DNA of 64,000 nt from an uncultured Pseudomonadota bacterium (GTDB taxonomy: Bacteria; Babelota; Babeliae; Babelales; RVW-14): assembly GCA_964354855.1 (NCBI GenBank), contig CAYHBO010000001.1:31045-95044 (forward strand), written 5' to 3'. Below, piece after piece: positions 30,134 to 39,330 of the stretch. Position 1 is the first letter of the stretch; every line of letters begins with the position of its first letter. The position numbers and the translations under genes are program-made. The notes below the pieces were generated by a model. The model did not search any database, was not told the origin of the DNA, and saw only the letters and a program-made list of their open reading frames with translations.

Positions 30134-30163
30134 ACGTCATCCCCGCATTCGCAAGGATGACGT
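30134..30163. repeat. PE1 collapsed/minimal palindrome
   Basis: ACGTCATCCCCGCATTCGCAAGGATGACGT. Confidence 0.7.
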
Positions 30164-30178
30164 GTCCTGCGATCAAGC

Positions 30179-30206
30179 CTGGATCCTGAAATAAGTTCAG
30201 GATGAC
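30179..30206 (-). repeat. PE3 minimal module
   Basis: CTGGATCCTGAAATAAGTTCAGGATGAC, which is the reverse complement of GTCATCCTGAAC..TTCAGGATCCAG. Confidence 0.7.
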
Positions 30207-30299
30207 AAGTCCAAAAATCAGCATCATAAAAGTATCCATGTGCAGAAAAATTCAGAGTGACATATCCTACACTAAAACCTAAACCCTCAACATAGCCCC

Positions 30300-32021
30300 T
30301 TACACCAATGTCGGTGTAATAAAAATCAACAGTTGTTTATCCTCAAGCTTCTTGCGTTTACCCTTAAAAAGCCATCCAATTACCGGAATCTCCTGAATCC
30401 ATGGCACCCCGGTATGAATAACATCTTTCGAGTTTTCGATAAGCCCACTGATCATGGTCGTCTGTCCGTCACACAACACTACTCGATTACTAGAGCGAGA
30501 CGTCATAATCGTGTAAGGAAATGATCCAAGCTGTGAAGTATTAGACGAACTTGAAATAGTTGCGGTACTGGCTTTAACAAAAGAATTTTGCACAAAAATA
30601 TCTAAGAAGATCGATTTCTGATCAGGCGCCACCGTCGGCTTAACTTTTATTTTCATCCCGATATCTTTATACCCAATCGTTGTAACATTGGTTGGGCTCC
30701 CCGCAACCGTCTCTTGCAACACGGTTGCCTGTGGCATTTCTTGTCCAACCAAAATCTCTGCACACTCCTGGCTTTTTACGAGCAGTGATGGCTTTAGAAT
30801 GGTTTCTAACTCATGCTTTGTTTCCGCAGCATTAAGCATAACATTTAACCGATTGGTACTCAGATTTTTATTTCCGAAAGAAAACGGAATTTGTACAGTT
30901 TTGATGCTAGAAATCGAAGTTGGAATAAAATTTAATGCCCACCCCAAAAGATTCTCAAAGCCGGACGGTTCACTTCCATTTTTTGTACCAACACCAATCC
31001 CTGCAAACTGAAAACCATTCTGAGAGATACTTGCACTACGATCATACATACCGGACCATTCAAAACCAATAGCCTCTTCAAAATCTTTTGATACCATAAC
31101 AATGCGTGCATCAATTCTCACTTGTGGCACATGCATATCAATTTCCTGTAGCGCTTTTTTGAAATCAATTACAAAGTTTTTTCTGCCACGACAAAAAATT
31201 TTACGTGATTCATCATCAAACACAATGTAATGACTTTTAATAAGAATATGGCCAACAATACCATTCCAAAGTTGCTCAATGCGCTTTTTAAATTCAGCAT
31301 TCCAATTTACATAGTGAATGGTAATGTAGTCGGCAACAGTATCCTGCTCGATCGATTTTTCAGCCTTCACTTTTAACTCTTCTATAGCTACATTTTGCTT
31401 AAGAATACGCCATACACCACGGTCATTAATCAACGCAAGTCGTGGAAGATTATTACTCAATAAAATTGAAAGCACCGCAGCTAAAGACGCATCATTGAAC
31501 GAAAAATTTCTGATATACCCATCAACATCGGCATCCATAACAAAATTAATATCGGTAAGCTTACCCACAAGTTCTATTGCCTTACGTAAACTTACTTCGT
31601 GTAATTTTATGGTTACTTTTTTTTCGGTTAACAAAATATCATCATACTGCTTTTCCAATAAGAGCCTGATCTCAGGAACCAAGAGATCTACAACTGCTTT
31701 GGTGGCAGCCTGCTGTTGCGTATTTCCGCGAGGACACTTCGTACAATTTTTATGTTTATTTTTTTTACGCTTTTTCTGGGCAGGCTTTTTGTCATAACAC
31801 TCTTCGTTTTCTTCATTTACCACACGCTCAACAATCGAATTTATGTTTTGAAGTTGCTTCTTTTCTTTCCGATCATACTCCTGTTTTGCAAGTAACGAAT
31901 TGGTTGGCGGAATGGTTATACCATAATGTTCATGCGGCCAGAAGTCTTCTTTCTGTTCTTGTTCATCAGCCCCAAGAACCGATACACCCATAAGAACGGC
32001 TAACAAAAACATTCTTTTCAT
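30300..32021 (-). CDS. pilQ: secretin (PilQ/GspD family)
   Basis: Signal peptide, an STN-like N-domain (VSLRKAIELVGKLTDINFVMD) and a secretin C-domain ending GVPWIQEIPVIGWLFKG......LLIFITPTLV. Confidence 0.85.
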   Translation of the reverse strand: MKRMFLLAVLMGVSVLGADEQEQKEDFWPHEHYGITIPPTNSLLAKQEYDRKEKKQLQNINSIVERVVNEENEECYDKKPAQKKRKKNKHKNCTKCPRGNTQQQAATKAVVDLLVPEIRLLLEKQYDDILLTEKKVTIKLHEVSLRKAIELVGKLTDINFVMDADVDGYIRNFSFNDASLAAVLSILLSNNLPRLALINDRGVWRILKQNVAIEELKVKAEKSIEQDTVADYITIHYVNWNAEFKKRIEQLWNGIVGHILIKSHYIVFDDESRKIFCRGRKNFVIDFKKALQEIDMHVPQVRIDARIVMVSKDFEEAIGFEWSGMYDRSASISQNGFQFAGIGVGTKNGSEPSGFENLLGWALNFIPTSISSIKTVQIPFSFGNKNLSTNRLNVMLNAAETKHELETILKPSLLVKSQECAEILVGQEMPQATVLQETVAGSPTNVTTIGYKDIGMKIKVKPTVAPDQKSIFLDIFVQNSFVKASTATISSSSNTSQLGSFPYTIMTSRSSNRVVLCDGQTTMISGLIENSKDVIHTGVPWIQEIPVIGWLFKGKRKKLEDKQLLIFITPTLV

Positions 32022-32023
32022 TA

Positions 32024-32326
32024 CTACCCAATCTCAACACGTTTAATCTTATTTTTCTTCATAAACTCAACATAATCCGTTGCAATTGTATGCAGCGTAT
32101 AACCTTTTATTTTATCCCCAACCCCCAACGTACGCTGCTTCTCACCATCCTGCACAAGAATGCCACGTAATTTTTTATACTGTACAACCCCGATAATATG
32201 AAAAAGCTTTTTGCGTTTTCGCTGCTGATCAACAGATATTGGAAAAGAAAAAGGGTCTCGAAGTTTTTTTGGGGTAGCAAAAATTGATGCAGACGCCACG
32301 AACAAGAATAAAACAGCCCTAATCAC
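32024..32326 (-). CDS. PilP-like pilus/secretin-associated protein
   Basis: 100 aa with a signal peptide, the RDPF motif (LRDPFSF), and a beta-rich segment GILVQDGEKQRTLGVGDKI.GYTL..I. Adjacent to the secretin gene. Confidence 0.5.
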   Translation of the reverse strand: MIRAVLFLFVASASIFATPKKLRDPFSFPISVDQQRKRKKLFHIIGVVQYKKLRGILVQDGEKQRTLGVGDKIKGYTLHTIATDYVEFMKKNKIKRVEIG

Positions 32327-32856
32327 ACGTCCCCCATATTTATTGAAAGATCAATCTGAAGAAGGCCATGCCCTCCTGATTGTACCGCAAGCCTGATTAC
32401 CACTATCGATAGTTTTTTTACCGCTATAAGTTCAAAAAAACGAAGCAAGTTGCTATACGAACCATTAAGACCCATCACAATCTCACCAGCAACCTTCGAT
32501 GTCACTGGTGGCGCAAACTGGTAGCAGATAAGCCCGGAATTTTTAAATACATGAAAGAGATCGTCAATAAGCCCTTGATGCTCTCCATAACTTTTATACT
32601 GCTCTTTTAGATCATGATATTGTGTCTTAAGTTTTTCATGAACGCCTACAGAATCAGTATATTTTATATGCTTCTCATGTAAATTCTTTAACAAGCTCTC
32701 ATGAGTATTTATGTCTATTTTTTTAGGATGAAGGAGGTGAAGATAGATGATACCGGTCGTCAATCCCAGTACCGTCATCGACAGCATAACGCGCTTAGGA
32801 AAATCAATCCCACGCAGGCCTGCTTTCATTTTTGATTCATGAAGCCAGAAGGACAT
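32323..32856 (-). CDS. PilO/PilN-like bitopic membrane protein (tentative)
   Basis: 177 aa with one TM segment, a coiled-coil and an alpha/beta C-terminus. Overlaps the PilP-like gene by 4 nt. Assignment rests on context only. Confidence 0.35.
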   Translation of the reverse strand: MSFWLHESKMKAGLRGIDFPKRVMLSMTVLGLTTGIIYLHLLHPKKIDINTHESLLKNLHEKHIKYTDSVGVHEKLKTQYHDLKEQYKSYGEHQGLIDDLFHVFKNSGLICYQFAPPVTSKVAGEIVMGLNGSYSNLLRFFELIAVKKLSIVVIRLAVQSGGHGLLQIDLSINMGDV

Positions 32857-32953
32857 ACATTTCCCATTAAGACGAATTTTCTAATCTTGCTGTAAGATAT
32901 GATGCTCAATAAACATAAGTAAATAATTTTAGAAATTTTTATTCTTCTCGAGA

Positions 32954-33685
32954 CTATATTTTATCAATTTCTTCTTCCCAAGCCCCCTGAGCATCTTCCG
33001 GATCTGGTTCAAAACGTCGCCTTAAAAGCTCATCTTTAAAGCCTTCAGGATTCTCATTACTTACCTGTTCTCCTTGAGCATAAATCTCTGCTTCGTCTGT
33101 CCCCGGAAGCCTATTTCTTAAACATTCTATATATCTCACCGCAAGAGCTTTATGATATGCATGCAGCAAGCGCCCCTCGCTTTGTGAATACGAATCAATC
33201 ATCTGAATCATCATTAGAAGACCTCCCAATATTTCTGCATTCTTAAAAAGAGAATAAAAAAAAGCATCATAAGCTTCTTCTTCATGTTTATTTATTAAAT
33301 CTCTTATCACCACACGAGCCTTATCCGATAATCGTACACCTATAATATTTCGAACAACCTCTATCAAATCAGTATCACTGGCACTTGCTTGAGTAGTCCT
33401 CGTTTTTCTACAAAGATCATCATAAATTGCGTTAACAATAGCATCATGTTGCTGTTCAGTCAGCTCAGTAACTTCTTGCTCTTCTTGTGGATGCGCTAAC
33501 GCAGGCAATAACACAGAGCAAGTTGAACCTGGTTGTTGAGGAGAGGATCTCAAGTAAGGCGATCTAACAGAACCCTTCGGCCATTGAGTCCCTTTTTTAC
33601 CAGACGGTTTAGGATTCATAGCACTCACACCACCACCGTAAGCCAAACAGAACATTATCAACATCAATATATTTTTTATCGTCAT
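32954..33685 (-). CDS. array paralog P1 (secreted, unknown function)
   Basis: Leader MTIKNILMLIMF...VSAMNP. Core motifs: IVNAIYDD, LIEVVRNIIGVRLSD, HEEEAYDAFF....NAEILGG, YHKALAVRYI. C-terminal motif FKDELLRRRF. Confidence 0.6.
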   Translation of the reverse strand: MTIKNILMLIMFCLAYGGGVSAMNPKPSGKKGTQWPKGSVRSPYLRSSPQQPGSTCSVLLPALAHPQEEQEVTELTEQQHDAIVNAIYDDLCRKTRTTQASASDTDLIEVVRNIIGVRLSDKARVVIRDLINKHEEEAYDAFFYSLFKNAEILGGLLMMIQMIDSYSQSEGRLLHAYHKALAVRYIECLRNRLPGTDEAEIYAQGEQVSNENPEGFKDELLRRRFEPDPEDAQGAWEEEIDKI

Positions 33686-33757
33686 AACACCACCCCCCTT
33701 GAGTTACTCGTTTTATAAAAAATCGATATTTAATGTACACCCCAGTAATTCAACACA

Positions 33758-34714
33758 TCAAGGCTTCTCACGTTTACGCATGAGACTAATGCCTTTAATT
33801 GCTAGTTCAAGCTGTTTTATTGAGTTAATAGCAGGGGGCCTTGGGGTTAAGCATTTTACAACTATTTCAGGAATAGCTTCGTATTGAGGCTTACGGCGCT
33901 GCTTAAAAAGGGTCTTGTTAAAGCTTTCTTGATCATTTTGGCGAAATTTTATCGCCTTACGATACTTTTTATCCTCATCCACCGTAAAGAATTTTGAACG
34001 AATGCCATTTATATTCCTTATTGCAAGAGCTTTATAAAATGCGCATGAAAACTTAGAATCTTTACATTCATGATAAGAATAAAGGTAAATATACTCCGCT
34101 ACCAGCATAATACCCCCAAGGGCCTCAGCATTATTTAAAACAGCATCAAAATAAAGATCATAAGCCTCTTCTTTGTGCTCTTTGATTAAAATTTCTATGT
34201 CTTCGATAGGTAATTGATTTTTTACAATTTTTTGAACCTCATCGATAAGAGCCGCACGATCATTACATCCTTCACAGCAGGCATTGCGAACTTCATGATC
34301 ATAAATAGCAGTAACAATAAACCCTCGCTGCTTACCATTCAGCAGAGCAAGAAGAGAGTTTTTTCTAGATGCTATTGAAGAAAAAGAGGTAATCTGTTGC
34401 TCTAATAAATCGAGTGATTCTTTTGATGGGATGTGAAGTTGCGGATCAGAAGTTTTATGATGATTAAAAATATTTTTGCCTTGGAAATGATGCGGGGGCC
34501 GATGATAAGCATCAGATCTTATAATAGGCAAATGAAAAGAATCACTTGAATCAGTTTTTTGTGGAGACCTTGACGAAATACCACAAGAAGAGGCATTAGA
34601 ACAAAATTTACGCGTAGACCGAGGACCTTGTTCAGATTGAGGCTTGCTGGGTTGCATGGCAGAGCTGAATTCACCATAAAACATCATCAATATAAATATA
34701 TTTTTTATTTGCAT
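33758..34714 (-). CDS. array paralog P2
   Basis: Leader MQIKNIFILMMF...SSAMQP. Core motifs: IVTAIYDH, LIDEVQKIV, HKEEAYDLYF....NAEALGG, FYKALAIRNI. C-terminal motif FNKTLFKQRR. Confidence 0.6.
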   Translation of the reverse strand: MQIKNIFILMMFYGEFSSAMQPSKPQSEQGPRSTRKFCSNASSCGISSRSPQKTDSSDSFHLPIIRSDAYHRPPHHFQGKNIFNHHKTSDPQLHIPSKESLDLLEQQITSFSSIASRKNSLLALLNGKQRGFIVTAIYDHEVRNACCEGCNDRAALIDEVQKIVKNQLPIEDIEILIKEHKEEAYDLYFDAVLNNAEALGGIMLVAEYIYLYSYHECKDSKFSCAFYKALAIRNINGIRSKFFTVDEDKKYRKAIKFRQNDQESFNKTLFKQRRKPQYEAIPEIVVKCLTPRPPAINSIKQLELAIKGISLMRKREKP

Positions 34715-34762
34715 AACACCCCCCCCAGTTATTAATTTACAAAAAATTTAGTCAAAATAAAT

Positions 34763-35266
34763 TTATCGATTCACTGACTTTATAAAATCTTCATTTGTGT
34801 ACAAAGGCTTCACTTCAAGATCATTCAGTACAGCATCATAAGCAGCAAGAAGTTTTAACTCCCCTTCACCTGGCTTGCACCTAGATAAGATAAGACATAC
34901 TTCCCAATGTTTGAGGTCTGGATTACGGTGCAGTGTATTAAGAAATCTTTTTTTTAAATAATTAAAGAAAACATCGAAAACATATGTATTAACCAAAAGA
35001 ACTGCTTCTTGAAGGCTAAACCCCTCTTTTACAATACTGTCCAAAAGAACTCTTTTTGGATCAGTGTTTATAACCATTATCGCTTCCCCAAAGCGCAACA
35101 AACAGTAACCCTTGATAATTGCCTTAATTTTATCAATCTTATCCGGCACCAGCGTTCGAATAAATTCGGGAATTTCCACAGCAGGCTGCTCTGGTTGATT
35201 CATTGCTATAATATTGCCAAAGAAGCTACTCACAAAAGTCACGTAAAGAATATTTTTAATCTTCAT
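34763..35266 (-). CDS. array paralog P3 (divergent)
   Basis: Leader MKIKNILYVTFV...IIAMNQP. LLDSIVKEGFSLQEAVLLVNTYVFDVFFNYL aligns with P4 and P1. Confidence 0.55.
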   Translation of the reverse strand: MKIKNILYVTFVSSFFGNIIAMNQPEQPAVEIPEFIRTLVPDKIDKIKAIIKGYCLLRFGEAIMVINTDPKRVLLDSIVKEGFSLQEAVLLVNTYVFDVFFNYLKKRFLNTLHRNPDLKHWEVCLILSRCKPGEGELKLLAAYDAVLNDLEVKPLYTNEDFIKSVNR

Positions 35267-35298
35267 AACTACTCCCCTTAAGTTAATTTGATAAAAAA

Positions 35299-35781
35299 TT
35301 ATGCGTTAGATTCAGCAAATTCTATATAAATATCAAGAAGAAAAGCTATGTCGAGACTAGGCCTACAAGCTTTAAGAACTTTAATTTTATCTTCATGATC
35401 GTTAGTAGTATTCAATCTAAGCACAAGATATTCACGGTATACAACAGGAGCATAAACACTAACTAATTCAGACACTTGATCATCAGAAAGAGAATTTCCA
35501 AAGCCTCCTTTGACAACATCTACAAGAGACAGTGAACGATGAGGCCCTTTTGGATAAAATCTTGAATGAAGTGCATCTCTCAAGGTTTTCTTAACTGCTG
35601 TTTTTTGATCTTTAGATAGCGCCTTAATCCACTCAGCAGCCATTGGCGATGCTGGTTCTTGAAAAGAATTATTTGGGACAACAAGTTGTCCATCTAGTCC
35701 AGTAGGACGTTGCTCCATCGCAACAATATTACCAGTAAAACCACAAGCGAGAATTAACATCATAATATTTCTTATCGTCAT
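35299..35781 (-). CDS. array paralog P4 (divergent)
   Basis: Leader MTIRNIMMLILA...IVAMEQ. LVDVVKGGFGNSLSDDQVSELVSVY aligns with the P1 segment LIEVVRNIIGVRLSD. Confidence 0.55.
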   Translation of the reverse strand: MTIRNIMMLILACGFTGNIVAMEQRPTGLDGQLVVPNNSFQEPASPMAAEWIKALSKDQKTAVKKTLRDALHSRFYPKGPHRSLSLVDVVKGGFGNSLSDDQVSELVSVYAPVVYREYLVLRLNTTNDHEDKIKVLKACRPSLDIAFLLDIYIEFAESNA

Positions 35782-35953
35782 AGAAAGATCCTTATAATTA
35801 ATTTATTTTTGTACGCTATTCTTCGATTGTCGCTGGTACAAGGCGATTTAAGGAAATGCAGTATATTTTTAATCGACCTACTCGTCAATAGGTTTCGCTA
35901 ACAAATTGTAATTATCAAGTTTTTTTAACAGATTGTTCTTGTAGAACCTGAAC

Positions 35954-36688
35954 TCATCGTTTGTATAAAGCTCCATAGTATTCAACTGGACTAACAACGC
36001 TCAAGTTTCCTGCAGTTTCATATTTTTGCTCATCTATTTTTTCAAACACTCTCCCACCTTCACAAAGAAGCAGATTGTCTCTTACCATCGCAAGAGGCTT
36101 CCATAAGACTCCCCATCCTTTGGGTACAATTTTTTTTATAACTTCATCTCTAAAGAAATCCGCCACCTCTCTTACTAATTGACGCCCGCCTAAATCTCTA
36201 GCATTAATAAATGTATCTCGAATAAAATTGGTGATTGCTTTTTTCTTAGCTTCAAGAATGACCCTGGAGCCATCTTCATCCTCGATTACATCACTTACTA
36301 GCCCCTGCACCAATCTATTTAATTCTTCTACTTCTGGACCCATTCTGAGCAAAACAGTAGAGACATATTGATGAAATAATACCTGATCAAAACTTTTAAC
36401 CTCTTCTTCTTGATTAAAAAATTTCATAATTTCACCATAATAATAACCATGAAGAACATCAATGAGTGGTTTATCCAAGGCTCCCAAGCGAGTTGGGTTC
36501 TCTTCACTTGATTCTAAGGACCACCCCGGCGTTTTAACCGCAACAACGCCCACCCCTTCTTCGTCTGTAACCGTTATGCCTTCTTGTGTTAATTCCCGAT
36601 TTAAGTTCTCGTCTGCTGACTGCATGGCAATAACATTTGATCCAAAGCCCCACAACCAAAACAGTACCGCTAAGTTTTTTATTTTCAT
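35954..36688 (-). CDS. array paralog P5
   Basis: Leader MKIKNLAVLFWL...VIAMQS. FINARDLGG aligns with the NAE.LGG motif. Its ATG overlaps the P6 stop codon (ATGA). Confidence 0.55.
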   Translation of the reverse strand: MKIKNLAVLFWLWGFGSNVIAMQSADENLNRELTQEGITVTDEEGVGVVAVKTPGWSLESSEENPTRLGALDKPLIDVLHGYYYGEIMKFFNQEEEVKSFDQVLFHQYVSTVLLRMGPEVEELNRLVQGLVSDVIEDEDGSRVILEAKKKAITNFIRDTFINARDLGGRQLVREVADFFRDEVIKKIVPKGWGVLWKPLAMVRDNLLLCEGGRVFEKIDEQKYETAGNLSVVSPVEYYGALYKR

Positions 36689-37287
36689 CCTCCCCCTCCA
36701 CCACCCATTTTTGATCGTCTTCGCAATAAGCGCTCTCCAAACTCGTTGCTATCTCTGGCCTTAAGTCTTTCTACTCGTTCACTTTTTACCCAATCTTGCT
36801 CTGTCTTAGGTCGATTATAAAGCGCTCGTATAACCGAATGATTCAGCACTTCATCATACATTGGTAATAACCATTGATCGCTTGGTTTAAACCGCAGCCA
36901 CGCATCAAAAACATATTCATACCCACTCACAACTTTCGCAACAAGATCAATCCCTCCAAGCTCTTCTGCATTAAGAAGAACGTCGGTAAAAAATTGAAAA
37001 TAAGCCTCAGGTCGATAGCCATTTCTCAAAGTAAAAATCGCATCAGGAGTTAACCTCAATTCAGGAACACTGGCTTTTATGTCTTGCTCAAGCTTTACTC
37101 GAGCATCAGGGTCCCTTTTATACAATCGAATTATATCATCATGAAGAGCGGTAATTATTTTATGTGTTTGAATCTTAGAATGAGCCTGTACCCATGCCGG
37201 TCGCTTATCTTGATTAACCTGCATAGCAAATATAAATTGATAGGTAGAAGAAACAACGCAGCACAAGAGAATATTTTTTATCTTCAT
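36685..37287 (-). CDS. array paralog P6
   Basis: Leader MKIKNILLCCVV...IFAMQ. Motifs: IITALHDD, PEAYFQFFTDVLLNAEELGG. C-terminal FGERLLRRRS followed by a Gly6 tail. Confidence 0.6.
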   Translation of the reverse strand: MKIKNILLCCVVSSTYQFIFAMQVNQDKRPAWVQAHSKIQTHKIITALHDDIIRLYKRDPDARVKLEQDIKASVPELRLTPDAIFTLRNGYRPEAYFQFFTDVLLNAEELGGIDLVAKVVSGYEYVFDAWLRFKPSDQWLLPMYDEVLNHSVIRALYNRPKTEQDWVKSERVERLKARDSNEFGERLLRRRSKMGGGGGG

Positions 37288-37352
37288 AACGCCTCTCTCC
37301 AGTAATCAAACGCCTTTTAACGCATTTTTATGACATTATTTAATTTTTCAGC

Positions 37353-37455
37353 ACGTCATCCTCGCGAATGCGGGGATCCAGACCTTCGAATAAAATAATC
37401 CAAAGACCAACAAGAAAGAAGTAAGACCTGGATCCCCGCATTCGCGAGGATGACG
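37353..37455 (-). repeat. PE1 element, full copy, spacer inverted (intergenic between P6 and pilB)
   Basis: ACGTCATCCTCGCGAATGCGGGGATCCAG ... CTGGATCCCCGCATTCGCGAGGATGACG. Confidence 0.9.
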
Positions 37456-37490
37456 CCTCAAAGAACTAAAATAACCTATTAATAGGTAAC

Positions 37491-39197
37491 TTATATTTCA
37501 TTAGCCTCTTCAAAATGCGCCACACCTAGAACCTCTTCAATTGTGGTAATTCCCAAAGCAACACAACGAATACCATCATTAATCAATAGCGTCATCCCTT
37601 GTTCTAGCGCTTTATTTTTAATGGTTACCGCATCGGCTTTTTGAATAATCAACGTAGCAATCTGATCGGTAATTTCCATAATTTCGAACAATGGCAAGCG
37701 TCCTCGGTAGCCTTTATTAAGACACTCATCACACCCAACCGGCTCATAAAAAGTTATTCCTTTTGCGGTTACTGGTGTTAAACCAATGCGCAACAGCGTA
37801 TCTGAGGTTGGAATATATGCTCGCTTACATTTTTTACACAATCTTCGTACAAGCCGCTGAGAGATAACACAGATCAACGAAGAGGCAATTAAAAATGGCT
37901 CAATGCCCATATCAATCAATCGCGTCACCGTTGCGGGAGCACTGTTTGTATGAATTGTACTAAGCACCAAGTGACCGGTTAATGCTGCTTGCGTTGCGAT
38001 CTGCGCCGTTTCGGTATCTCGAATTTCCCCGATCAGTACAATGTCAGGATCTTGTCGCAAAATTTCACGCAATGCAGTCGCAAACGTTAGCCCAATTTTA
38101 GCGTTAACGTTCACCTGGTTAATCCCATTAATGGTATATTCAACCGGATCTTCGACGGTAACTAAGTTAACATCAGGCTCATTAAGCCGAGAAAGTATCG
38201 AATAAAGCGTTGTGGTTTTCCCGGAACCAGTTGGTCCACTGACCATAATAATCCCGTTAGGGCGCTGAATAATGTTCACCACTTTATCATAATCTGTTTT
38301 ACTAAGATTAAGATTCTCAAGCTCTTGCGTGCCGGTTGATTTGTACAACAAGCGCATTACCACTTTTTCACCAAAGTTTGTCGGCAGCACCGATACCCGA
38401 AGATCGAGTGGCTTGTCGGCAACCTTAATCATGATCCGTCCACTTTGAGGAAGCCGCTTTTCAGCAATATTCATGTTCGACATAATTTTTATACGAGAAA
38501 CAATGGCGCCTTGAAATCGTTTGGGGGGGATCATCCGTTGATACAAGTTGCCATCAATACGATAGCGCACCCGTAACTCTTTTTCGTATGCTTCAATGTG
38601 AATATCAGAAGCCCCTTCTTTAGCCGCTTGAAACAAAAGATGGTTTACCAATTTAACAATGGGAGCTTCATTGGCCATCTCCATGATATCTTTTTCTTCA
38701 ATATCCCCCATGATGCCAAATTCAGCCTCTTCTTCTTCTTTAAGTTCTTCCATCATCTCCCCACCGGTCTCAAGCGGGTAATATTTATTGATGGCATCAT
38801 TAATGCTAATTTCAGTTGCAACCGCATAACGAACATCGCCCGACATCAATAATGCAAGGTCATCAAGTGGTTGTAGATCCCGCGGGTTTGCGGTAACAAT
38901 AGTTTTTTGGCCTTCAAACATGATTGGGATAACGCAATTTTGACGTAGAAATTTCAACGGGGTCTTTTTTAGTAGGCTTACATCGGCCATTTGCTCAGTC
39001 ACCATTTCAATGAACGGAACTTCAACCTGGGCTGCGAGCGCACGTGCAAGATCAATTTTAGAAACGAGCCCTTGCTCAAGTAGTAATTGCCCAAGAAGCT
39101 TGCCTGTTTTCTTTTGCTCTTTTAAACATTCCTGTAACTGTTCTTCGCTGATAATATTGAGGTCTATAAGAAGATCGCCGATACGTTTTCGCAACAT
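37491..39197 (-). CDS. pilB: type II secretion / type IV pilus assembly ATPase (GspE/PilB family)
   Basis: MshEN-like N-domain, Walker A GPTGSGKTTTLYS, Asp/His boxes and the tetracysteine CKKC...CDEC. Confidence 0.9.
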   Translation of the reverse strand: MLRKRIGDLLIDLNIISEEQLQECLKEQKKTGKLLGQLLLEQGLVSKIDLARALAAQVEVPFIEMVTEQMADVSLLKKTPLKFLRQNCVIPIMFEGQKTIVTANPRDLQPLDDLALLMSGDVRYAVATEISINDAINKYYPLETGGEMMEELKEEEEAEFGIMGDIEEKDIMEMANEAPIVKLVNHLLFQAAKEGASDIHIEAYEKELRVRYRIDGNLYQRMIPPKRFQGAIVSRIKIMSNMNIAEKRLPQSGRIMIKVADKPLDLRVSVLPTNFGEKVVMRLLYKSTGTQELENLNLSKTDYDKVVNIIQRPNGIIMVSGPTGSGKTTTLYSILSRLNEPDVNLVTVEDPVEYTINGINQVNVNAKIGLTFATALREILRQDPDIVLIGEIRDTETAQIATQAALTGHLVLSTIHTNSAPATVTRLIDMGIEPFLIASSLICVISQRLVRRLCKKCKRAYIPTSDTLLRIGLTPVTAKGITFYEPVGCDECLNKGYRGRLPLFEIMEITDQIATLIIQKADAVTIKNKALEQGMTLLINDGIRCVALGITTIEEVLGVAHFEEANEI

Positions 39198-39330
39198 GGA
39201 AAAAACCCTTAATTATTTATTGTTCAATACGCCATTCTTACCGTGTACAACTATTCTAAGTGTTGGTATAGTAAATTGTAAGAGTTAATCGTTAACGTAA
39301 TCATTTTATTCATTTTTTTGAAAGAAAATC

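Noticed and set aside
36686-36706. Gly6 tail of P6 as a functional glycine-rich motif
   Set aside because: The GGAGG-rich codons double as the Shine-Dalgarno sequence for the overlapping P5 start, which is sufficient explanation. It is noted under the array finding rather than as a separate feature.
36462-36764. ORFs 36462-36764 (plus strand) and 36534-36740 (minus strand) at the P5/P6 junction
   Set aside because: They overlap the better-supported P5 and P6 reading frames, which carry the conserved leader. They have no independent support.
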